Source of the DNA: Octopus sinensis
Taxonomy: Eukaryota
DNA: 31,045 bases
NCBI RefSeq assembly: GCF_006345805.1
Contig: NW_021832315.1
Coordinates: forward strand, 1 to 31,045
Direction: 5' to 3'
This document shows, piece by piece, positions 21,256 through 30,475 of this stretch. Positions within the stretch are counted from its first letter, which is position 1. Each line of letters starts with the position of its first letter. The translations under genes and the position numbers were made by a program. The notes below the pieces were generated by a model. It ran no database searches and was not told where the DNA came from. It saw only the letters and a list, made by a program, of their open reading frames with translations.

Positions 21256-21430
21256 TTACTGTCTCCTTGTGCTTCCTCGTTGTCCATGCCACTTCTGACT
21301 CTCCCTGCATGACTTCAGATGACTGAACGGGTCGCTGCCGACTCGCATATTTTTGGAGCATACACGTCAGAACACTTCAGTCTTTGTAATGTGATTTTGA
21401 CAGATCCTTCTGCAGTGCCGTCCATTTCTG
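21256..21430 (-). mobile_element. Probable non-LTR retrotransposon 3' end
   Basis: Shares a 27-nt terminus (26/27) with the RLE-bearing fragment at 24774 and abuts a (CAT)n tract. Weak IQK..AL/GSVKI resemblance to RLE-LINE C-termini. Confidence 0.5.
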
Positions 21431-21594
21431 TATTGAAGATATACTAAAGAAATACAACAGGAAAGAAAACACTTCCAAAGTTGGTTCTCATGTCTATTGA
21501 AAATGATTTGTTCCAACTAATTAAAACAGACAATGCCCATGAAAATGTAGTAATTATATTTTCCGTGAAATATAGCTTTTTTAAATTTTAGCAT

Positions 21595-21855
21595 AGATTG
21601 GCATATTTCGGTCATATTATGCGGAGAAAATCCCTGGAGAAGGACATCATACTCGGAATGGTCAGTGACAAGAGAGGAAGAGGCCGACCAAGAACCCGCT
21701 GGCTTGAAACCATCAAGAGTGATACCGGAATGGACATAGCCAATCTGAAAGAAGCGGCCCAGGATAGAACTGACTGGAGGACACTGATCTATCGAGTAAC
21801 CGGGAGTCGACTTCGACTGAGCGGTTAGATAGATAGATAGATAGAGAGATAGATA
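21595..21855 (+). mobile_element. RTE-clade LINE 3' end
   Basis: LAYFGHIMRRKSLEKDIILGMVSDKRGRGRPRTRWLETIKSDTG..LKEAAQDRTDWR..VTGSR.RL* followed by a (TAGA)n tail; this is the typical RTE/BovB C-terminus. Confidence 0.9.
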
Positions 21856-22425
21856 GAAATTTTAGCTGTATTGTTTTGTTTTGATTCTTTTAAATATTTT
21901 AGATGCTTTAAACAGTGATCCCTACGGTCGAGTCACGAAAGGCAATGGTTTCATTTAATAACCATCTGTATAACATACAAGATGCATAATAAGCACCATA
22001 GAAAGGCTGGTTGCAATGGTTCTTGAATGAGAAAATATCACTTCATAGGCACGTCTTAAAAACACAATATATATGGAAGCGAAATATATTTGTTCGGCTA
22101 AAACCCTTCAAGGCGGTGTACAATAATAGCTGAAGTCCAATGAATGAAACAAGTGATAAAGGAAGGTATATAGCTTTATCTATATAACATATGTAACGTA
22201 TGTGTGTCGTTGAAAAGCCAGAAAATGCAGGTTTTCGTCAGGAAAAAATCATATTACATACGTATATTGTGTTAAAAACACAATATACTTCAGGGCTAGG
22301 CGAAAAGAAAATCGCCTCATAACCGACTGCGAGAGTGACAGATACGTATTTCGCTGTTGTTGCAGCTTGTCAATGTTACGTGTTTGTGTCACCGTTTATG
22401 AAATGTGATCGAATCGGCCAATCAG

Positions 22426-22454
<29 letters not shown>

Positions 22455-22462
<8 letters not shown>

Positions 22463-22993
22463 CAACAATATTAAGGAATGGCCCTGATAGACCATTCGAC
22501 TCACTAGAAAGAGCAGCCAAACTCAAACCGCTAAATAGTTGTAATTCTGAAACCAAAGGAGAAATAAAAACATTTACCCTTATCATCTTTGGACTATGCA
22601 TAGCTTCGACACTTTTGTAAACCAATTCAATTAAATTAAATTAAATTTGTTTACATCTGGCCTGTCTCGTCAGCAAAGAAACCAAGGAAAATATATATCC
22701 ACGAGGCGACACCAGCGACGCCTCGAGTCTATATACTCTAAATTTTCAAAATCCACCGTCACCGCGCTATTTTCTCAGCAGCAAATATAAACTGCTGATA
22801 TAATTTCAAAATTAGCTAAAAAATAATTAATTAATCAATATAAGGGTAGCAAAAAATAGCTCGAATGGCTATCAGGGCCATTCCTTAATATTGTTGAAAT
22901 TATATATATATAGTCTATGACTATTTTTTCTTTCTCACTAGACCGCTGGTGGCGATAAATTTTTCTTGAATTTTTTGCTACCCTTATATTGAT

Positions 22994-22995
<2 letters not shown>
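22455..22995. repeat. Two interleaved inverted repeats
   Basis: 22455-22499 versus 22861-22904 (44 bp, one indel), and 22832-22856 versus 22971-22995 (25 bp, perfect). Confidence 0.8.
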
Positions 22996-23053
<58 letters not shown>

Positions 23054-23540
23054 GTGTGTGTGTGTGGTGTGTGTGTGTGTGTGTAAATTATATGCAATAG
23101 CTTGCAATTGTGGTCCATAAGTACAATGAAATTGGAATTATACTGTAGAAACAGTTCCAGAGTAAAATCTTTATCAATGTATCATAGTTCGAATGTGTGT
23201 GCCAATGACAATCAGAAGTTCTGGGGAAATCCCTTTACAGATGCATTGCTTAAAAAATAAAACACATTATATTTTAGATCTAGGCGAAATGAAATCGCTC
23301 CAAAATCCACTGCGAGACCAGCCAATATGTATATCGCCGTTGTTGCATCTCGTCAATGTCAAGAACTCGTATCTCTTCCGAAAAGAGATCGAATCAGCCA
23401 ATCTGAAGTACAGGGACGACAATATGGTTTGCAATGGTGCCGCAGAATAAAATTCGAATTACACCATTGAAACATCAATAAAATAAAATAAAATCTTCAT
23501 CTACATAACATACTCAATATCTGTGCCTTTCTGTAGAATA

Positions 23541-24238
23541 TCTATATATATAAAACTCAACTTGTGTGTCTGTGTATGTATCTGTGTGTGTGTCTGTGTG
23601 TTTAACTTTCCGGTACATCTCCTCCGAGCCAACAAATCGTAGAACCACCAAAAATGGGTCACTTAAAGTTTAGGCAAATGAAAATTGAACTGCGCTATTT
23701 CTGTTCCGAAATTCATCTCGCAAGTGCAAAAATCGATAATATGTTTGTTTAGGCCTTATCCCATGCATTGAATAGTGAACTTTACTCAGTCGGCTGTTTG
23801 ACGTGAACTGTGTTCACCACGCGTGCAAGCATGCGTAAATTACATGAAAAATAAAAAAAAAATCAAGATATAAAAACGAATCGCCGTAAACATTGTAGAA
23901 ATTCGGCAAAGAAATGAATTTTCGGGATGTAGCCTGGAGGATTTTTTCGTATTAATCGTTTGGACTTTGTGAACACATACCAATTGTTTTCATAACATTT
24001 TTAGCGCTTTGAATTAAATGTGACCATTTTGCGTTGAGTCTGCAGTTTGAATCACTTTAACCAAATTTTATCAGGTCGGATATTTGATCATCACGATACA
24101 TCGCCAGCGACTCCCTGAAACTCTCCCCTGAAATCCCCGCTGAGAAATCTATTATATATATATATAATAATACTTTGAATGTGACTCCTGAGAAAGAGTA
24201 AAAGTAATTATCCGATGAACGACGGGTATTACTGCTAG
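23541..24238 (+). mobile_element. Non-autonomous Helitron-like element
   Basis: 5' A|TCTATATATATAAAA followed by a (GTCT/GT) tract. 3' imperfect hairpin tccgatgaacgacgggt, then CTAG|T at 24235-24239. Inserted between A and T with no TSD. Confidence 0.65.
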
Positions 24239-24269
24239 TATACAGTATACGCATATATACATATACAAA

Positions 24270-24626
24270 CATACATGCATGCATAAATACATACATACAT
24301 ACATACATACATACATACATACATACATACATACATTCATACATACATACATACATACATATATATACATATATGTGTATACATATGTCTTGTTGTGTTT
24401 AGGGAGAGTCATTGTACCAATATTATTAACACACGCACTGGTTCAATTCCATTTCTTTATTATTACTCGATTAAATATCAAGCTAACTAATCGATTGTTT
24501 GCTTAATTTGATTAAACATTAAGTCATTTATTTTGTTTTTGTTTGTGAAAATTCTTTCGTTGCTACTTGCAACCTTTTCGATGACTTTTGACTTCAAATA
24601 TATATACTTATACATATATATATATT

Positions 24627-24659
<33 letters not shown>

Positions 24660-24668
24660 CTATATATA

Positions 24669-24727
<59 letters not shown>

Positions 24728-24770
24728 TGTATATGTATGATGATGATGATGAGGAGGAGGAGGAGGAGGA
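24270..24770. repeat. (CATA)n, (TA)n, (GAT)n and (GAG)n microsatellite cluster
   Basis: Read directly; a short unique spacer lies at ~24385-24600. Confidence 0.9.
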
Positions 24771-24773
24771 GGG

Positions 24774-25110
24774 TTACTGTCTCCTTGTGATTCCTCGTTG
24801 AAATCTTGAAAGAGTAACTGCAGATTTCTCAATAGTTCAGCGTAGGTGTTCTCTTTTTCACTGAACTTCAGCTTTCTCTTAACATCCGCTGGGCAACTAA
24901 TTTACATTAACATCTGCTGGGCAGCTAATTTCCACAACTGTTCGCAGTTTCTCTTCTCTATCCGAAATCATTATATCAGGTCTGTTGTGCTTACATTTTA
25001 TTGAGGTCTTCACTGGTACATTCCACCAGTATTCCTTTTTATTATGAGTGTCTATGGCTTCTACCATATTGTGGGGTTATATTTCTTTGCCCTCGGGATT
25101 ATCCTTCCGA
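24774..25110 (-). mobile_element. Fragment of an RLE-type (R2/R4/NeSL-group) non-LTR retrotransposon
   Basis: YWWNVPVKTSIKCKHNRPDIMISDREEKLRTVVEISCPADVN..KFSEKENTYAELLRNLQLL fits the restriction-like endonuclease PD..(D/E)..K...Y signature. It contains a small internal duplication. Confidence 0.8.
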
Positions 25111-25168
25111 TGGATTTCATTATATGTATGTAGATAGATAGATACATACATACATATATGTGAGTGTA

Positions 25169-25205
<37 letters not shown>

Positions 25206-25919
25206 GTGCGCGTGATTTTAATTGCATACGCTGGCTAAATATATATTTTGGTTAATCAATGTGCGTCGCCAACGACTGTCACCGTACTGGAATACAAATG
25301 AATATAAGTAGTACTTGTTCATCGTACTTGTCATAAGCAATGGTAATCTGCGACTCCCTTCTCTCCTCCACTTGCTCTTCATATTTCTCTTTCTCTCTTT
25401 TTCTCCCGCCCTCCCTCTCTCTCTCTCACTCTCTTTTTATCTTTTACACATTCTCTTATTCTCTCCTCTCTATTTATCTGCAGAACAGATAAATAGATGA
25501 TGAACCCATAATGGCTAAATGTATATTTATTAAACGTTCTCATTTAAATTAATTTATACCAGTGTTCCAGAAAACGATTTCCTTTCTCCGGTTGAATACG
25601 ACCTGATGAAACAAAATCTGCAACCAGATGGTAAGGTCAACTGTGCCATATGGTCGAGCATTAGCCAATAATTGTTCACGTAAATTGCTTTATGAGGTAT
25701 TTTACAACATTGCTACATCAATCGACAATAATGAATCGGTTATTGGCAGAGCCTACCTATCGATAAACAGAAGAGCTTTGAAGTAGGAATTGGCTTATTT
25801 CTAAGGTCCAATTATCTTGAAGCTGTGAAAATACCTCCTGTTATAATGTTTCAAGAATGGTGCAACCATAAAGACAAGAAAACATAACGAACACGTAATT
25901 GACAATCAAACCAAAATAT

Positions 25920-26128
25920 TGGATTCAAATTTTAGCACAAGGCTAGCTATTTGGTGGGAGGGGAGAAGTCGATTGCATCGACCCAGTATCCAACTGGTAC
26001 TTATTTCATTGAATCCGAAACGGTAAAACGCAAAGTCGACCATGGTGGAATTAGAACTTATAACGTAAAGACGAACGAAATGCCACTAAGCGCTCTAACT
26101 ATTCTGCCAGCTCGCCGCCTTATTTTAT
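25920..26128 (-). mobile_element. Diverged SINE-B with tail type B3
   Basis: Head ggcggcgagctggcagaat; tail ccttgtgctaaaatttgaatccaat. Candidate TSD accaaaatat at 25910-25919 and 26129-26138. Confidence 0.75.
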
Positions 26129-26164
26129 ACCAAAATATCGTTTCTAGATTTTTGATACTAGGCA

Positions 26165-26355
26165 AGTAATTTCGAGGAAGGGGTTACGTTGATTACATCG
26201 ACCCAAGTGTTCAACTGATACTTATTTTGTCGACCCCGAAGAGATGAGAGGCAAAGTTGACCTGGGCCGAATTTGAACTAAGAACGTGAAGACGGACGAA
26301 ATACTGCTAAGCATTTTTCTCGGCGTGCCTAACGATTCTGCTACCTTGCTACCTT
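26165..26355 (-). mobile_element. Diverged SINE-B
   Basis: Core gtcgaccccgaagagatgagaggcaaagttgacc, B-box, and head remnants. Confidence 0.8.
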
Positions 26356-26377
26356 AATAATAATAATAATAATAATA

Positions 26378-26422
<45 letters not shown>
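26355..26422. repeat. (TAA)n tract, probably the tail of the adjacent minus-strand SINE-B (B2 tail)
   Basis: Directly abuts tcctttctactataggcacaagg, which reads ..cctatagtagaaagga(tta)n on the minus strand. Confidence 0.85.
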
Positions 26423-26423
<1 letters not shown>

Positions 26424-26713
26424 CCTTTCTACTATAGGCACAAGGCTTGGAATTTGCGGGTCGGGGACCATTTAATTTATCGCCCCCGAAAGGATGAAAG
26501 ACAAAGTCAACCTCGGCAGAATTTGAACTCAGAATGTGGAGATAGACGAAATATCCTTTTCTACTCTAGGTACAAGGTTCGATAATTTGGGGGGAGGGGT
26601 CCAGTCGATTAGATCGATCCCAATACGCAACTGGTATTTAATTTATTGACCCCGAAAGGATGAAAGTCAAAGTCAACCGGGGCGGAATTTGAACTTAGAA
26701 CGATTCCGCTGAC
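26423..26713 (-). mobile_element. SINE-B dimer with B2 tails
   Basis: Two units (26423-26553, 26554-26713) joined as ..gaaaagga|tatttcgtc on the minus strand. Confidence 0.8.
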
Positions 26714-27518
26714 TTAATAACAAACAATAATACATATTTCTTTATTGCCCACAAGGGGCTAAACATAGAGGAGACAAACAAGGACAGACAAAGGGATTAA
26801 GTCGATTACATCGACCCCAGTGAGTAACTGGTACTTAATTTATTGACCCCGAAAGGATGAAAGCCAAAGTCAACCGGGGCGGAATTTGAACTTAGAACCA
26901 TTCTACTGGCTTAATAACAAACAATAATACATATTTCTTTATTGCCCACAAGGGGCTAAACATAGAGGAGACAAACAAGGACAGACAAAGGGATTAAGTC
27001 GATTACATCGACCCCAGTGAGTAACTGGTACTTAATTTATTGACCCCGAAAGGATGAAAGCCAAAGTCAACCGGGGCGGAATTTGAACTTAGAACCATTC
27101 TACTGGCTTAATACAAACAATAATACATATTTCTTTATTGCCCACAAGGGGCTAAACATAGAGGAGACAAACAAGGACATACAAAGGATTAAGTCGATTA
27201 CATCAACCCCATTGAGTAACTGGTATTTAATTTATTGACCCCGAAAGATGAAAGTCAAAGTCAACTGGGGCGGAATTTGAACTTAGAACCATTCTACTGG
27301 CTTAATACAAAACAATAATACATATTTCTTTATTGCCCACAAGGGGCTAAACATAGAGGAGACAAACAAGGACAGACAAAGAGATTAAGTCGATTACATC
27401 GACCCCAGTGAGTAACTGGTACTTAATTTATTGACCCCGAAAGGATGAAAGCCAAAGTCGACCTCAGTGGAATTTGAACTTAGAACCATTCTACTGGCTT
27501 AATAACAAACAATAATAC
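26714..27518 (-). repeat. Tandem array of ~197-bp SINE-B-derived units (4 full plus a partial)
   Basis: Unit starts (ttaata) at 26714, 26911, 27108, 27302 and 27499, giving periods of 197, 197, 194 and 197. Confidence 0.93.
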
Positions 27519-28145
27519 AGCATAGACGTCCTCGGGTATTAAAATTGTAACAAACAAACGTTTCCATGCGTTTCAGCGCAGTAAATATTTGCTTCTATGT
27601 CTAAGAGTACCTTTTTCACCTTTCATTGTTTTGGAGTTCTGCATTCTTTAGACTTTTGGCTATCAAGAAACAATGACGAGACATTAGCTGCTTCATCTAT
27701 GCAAACCAATGTCTTTCTTTCCTTTTTAGTTGTTCTAACCATTCTCTTTAACGATTCTTTGCTTAAGTTCTCTATTATACATTTTTCCGTCCGCATTCAC
27801 AAGTTTGCCTCATACAAAATTTCTATAATTAGCTAAAAAGAAAATTACAATTTCATACTTTTCATTTTACGGTTTTATTTTATTATTTTCTATAAACAAT
27901 TAGATAAAAGTAATGTTTTAATTGAACATAATAATATAATTACATATAGTGTGTTAACAATTCTTATTTTTATAATGCTAATAATTTATTTTTTATTCTT
28001 AAATTGTATTGCTAGAGGCTGATCGTGAGTATACAATGAGGTGCACTCAACAAACTGAATAATTTCGCTTTTATTATTTTTTTTTTTTGTTTTTTTCCGC
28101 GTGGATCGCGTCTTTGAATATTAGTTTCTGTATTATATACTCCAA

Positions 28146-28420
28146 TCAGCTATAATGAAAAACAAGAGCAGAAAAGTAGGAAGCCGTTGCAAATGGTGTT
28201 GTCGTTGGAAGTGGGGGGGGTGAGATAGCAACAACTGCGCAGGGGAGCAGTGGCGGCAGCGGAGCTAGAGGCGGCAGAGGCGCTAGCGGTGGAAGAGGGG
28301 CTAACGGTGGCAGTGGCGCTAACGGTGGCAGAGGCGCTAACGGTAGCAGAGGCGCTAACGGTGGCAGAGCGCGAGCGGCAGGGGGTGCGGCAGCAGCACT
28401 AGCAGAGGCAGCGGCGGCAG
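28146..28420 (-). CDS. Candidate coding segment: Ala-rich then (LAPLPP)x6 proline-rich peptide
   Basis: Open frame TAAAAASASAAAAPPAARALPP(LAPLPP)6-like..FHYS*. 9 of 10 nucleotide differences among the six 18-bp units are synonymous in this frame. No start or splice context outside the SINE. Confidence 0.3.
28255..28362. repeat. GC-rich 18-bp minisatellite, 6 units (consensus ggcagaggcgctaacggt)
   Basis: Units start at 28255, 28273, 28291, 28309, 28327 and 28345. Confidence 0.95.
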
Positions 28421-28761
28421 CGGTCGGAGGATCGCGGTTTCGATTCCCAGACCGGGCGTTGTGTGTGTTTATTGAGCGAAAACACCTAAAGCTCCACGAG
28501 GCTCCGGCAGGGGGTGGTGGCGACCCCTGTTGTACTCTTTCGCTCCAACTTTCTCTCACTTTTCCTTCCTGTTTCTCGTCCCCGACTTCCTACGCAACCG
28601 CTGAGCCTGGATGCGCATTCATCCATCCGTCGATGCTCTCGGTGTCGGGGGTTGACCTGCTTTCTCTTCTGCGGGTCTTACGAATAGCAAAGGACCTCGT
28701 ATCGGACTTCTCCCACTATGGAACGAAGACCGCTACGCTCAACAAACAAACAAACAACAAC
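28420..28761 (+). mobile_element. SINE-C with tail type C2, 5' end merging into the GC-rich repeat
   Basis: gcggtcggaggatcgcggtttcgattcccag..; tail nearly identical to the 14945 copy; (CAAA)n end. Confidence 0.92.
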
Positions 28762-29126
28762 AGCAACAATAAATGGTGGATATCAATCAAGAAGCAGATT
28801 CTGTATGGGGGTAGGGTTTGACTCATTAGAAATATAAGCCAAATCGGTCTTTAAAACATACTCTGTTCTCTTAAAAAATGAAGGCTACATAGAATAATAT
28901 AGTCCTAGGTACACAATGCCTTACGTTTGGTATGTCCTTGATCAAGGGTTTGTTAAATGTCTCAACCTTTTCATTCATAGAGCTAGTAATTACAGCGAAA
29001 TGGACCTCATATTACACCCTAAACGAAGGTCTGGAAGGGTATGCAAAAGTCGTAGGGTCCACCTTGCCCTTATCAGCAACACATTAATCCACTGTTAAGT
29101 GGATTAATATGTTAGTCTAAAGGGGT

Positions 29127-29540
29127 GAGTGGCTGTGTGGTAAGTAGCTTGCTAACCAACCACATGGTTCCGGGTTCAGTCCCACTGCGTGGCATCTTGG
29201 GCAAGTGTCTTCTACTATAGCCTCGGGCCGACCAAAGCCTTGTGAGTGGATTTGGTAGACGGAAACTGAAAGAAGCCTGTCGTATATATGTATATATATA
29301 TATGTGTGTGTGTATGTTTGTGTGTCTGTGTTTGTCCCCCCTAGCATTGCTTGACAACTGATGCTGGTGTGTTTACGTCCCCGTCACTTAGCGGTTCGGC
29401 AAAAGAGACCGATAGAATAAGTACTGGGCTTACAAAGAATAAGTCCCGGGGTCGAGTTGCTCGATTAAAGGCGGTGCTCCAGCATGGCCGCAGTCAAATG
29501 TCTGAAACAAGTAAAAGAGTAAAAGAGTAAAAAGAGTAAA
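29127..29540 (+). mobile_element. SINE-A, near full length
   Basis: gagtggctgtgtggtaag through to a (AAAGAGT)n-type tail. Confidence 0.93.
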
Positions 29541-29754
29541 CATGTAATGGTAATAAACTTTCAAGAGAACTGAACTGCAGGTCTTCCGAGAAGGAAACCC
29601 CTTCAGGCAAGTGTTTCAACCATTAACTTCTTACACTCTCAAAGGACCGGATCGCATCCGGGTCATGACTCCTGGGTGTCCTTCTGCTAACACTTTCTAA
29701 CCTCTTGGATATCGGAGACTTGTGTATTTAACCGCCTGGAGATTTCATCTAGTT

Positions 29755-30075
29755 GTAAAGACCCTGATTAGTCATCAATGACCATGGGATTGCGCCTAGA
29801 AGGTTACCCTCCGAGGTGCAAGTTCGGGAAAGGTTGTTTATGGAAGACCAGCGGTCACCCAAACATACCAGCCGCCCCTCTCCCCACCACCGATGTTGTG
29901 CAAAGAAAAGGCAAACGCCGATATGGCCAGTGACATCGCAACGTATTTCTACAGCTGAGTGAATTGGAGCAACGTGAAATGCTCAGAAATACCACATACA
30001 GCCCAGTCCGGGAATCGAACTCGCTAATTCATGATTGTAAGCCCGACGCTCTAACCACTGTGCCATGCGCCTTCA
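29755..30075 (-). mobile_element. SINE-D (tRNA head, distinct body)
   Basis: Minus-strand head gaaggcgcatggcacagtggttagagcgtcgggc..gagttcgattcccgg (A and B boxes). Body ttcacgttgctccaattcactcagctgtagaaat; tail ..ctaggcgcaatcccatggtcatt..gggtctttac. Confidence 0.75.
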
Positions 30076-30093
30076 TCTTGTTGCGACTCCTTA

Positions 30094-30258
30094 ATAATCC
30101 TTCTATTATAGGCACAAAGGTCTGAAATGTAGGGTGAGGGGGACTGGTCGACTTCATCGACCCCAGTGTTTCACTGGTACTTAATTTATCGATCCCGAAA
30201 GGATGAAAGGTAAAGTCGACCTCGGTGGAATTTGAACTCAGAACGTAGCGGGAGACAC
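30094..30258 (-). mobile_element. SINE-B, 5'-truncated, B2 tail
   Basis: Core and tail ..tttcagacctttgtgcctataatagaaggattatt on the minus strand. Confidence 0.8.
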
Positions 30259-30384
30259 AACTCCTTAATAATGACTGGACGATACTTGTTTGTTTGCCTT
30301 TAATCAATGATTAAAAGATTCCGGACAGATCCTGACTTCAAGTTTCACACTTAAGTTATTTGCTCAACCCGAGACAATGGTATT

Positions 30385-30475
30385 AACTCACTCGCCCAAG
30401 TTTCTGCTCAATGGAATCAAACCCAAAACAATAAATGGTTGCGAAGTGAACTTTGTAACCACACAGATATACTAG
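30385..30475 (-). mobile_element. Degenerate SINE-A-like head
   Basis: Minus strand: ctgtgtggtt..aagttcacttcgcaacca..gggtttgattccattg..cttgggcgagtg. Confidence 0.45.

Noticed and set aside
1260-24832. Many ORFs made of YI, CV, HT, YVCM, IYLS or poly-H/S/I repeats
   Set aside because: They are translations of (TA)n, (GT)n, (TATG)n, (GATA)n and (GAT)n microsatellites, which lack stop codons by construction.
26714-27518. CRISPR-like regular array
   Set aside because: Whole 197-bp units repeat with no unique spacers, the context is eukaryotic, and the units derive from a SINE.
27560-27840. Minus-strand K/E-rich stretch with a faint THAP-like REW..LKR..SRHCF pattern
   Set aside because: It has multiple stops and the C2CH residues are not convincingly placed; too weak to call without an HMM search.
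4668-29357. Recurrent similar ORFs (MSSNARG.., MLGGQT..YDRLLSVSVYQIHSQG.., MCVFIERKHLK..) suggesting a gene family
   Set aside because: All lie within SINE-A, -B or -C copies; the similarity reflects the repeats, not proteins.
3493-30075. tRNA genes (A/B boxes, cloverleaf-like heads)
   Set aside because: Each head continues into a SINE body and lacks a canonical 7-nt anticodon loop and proper acceptor end.
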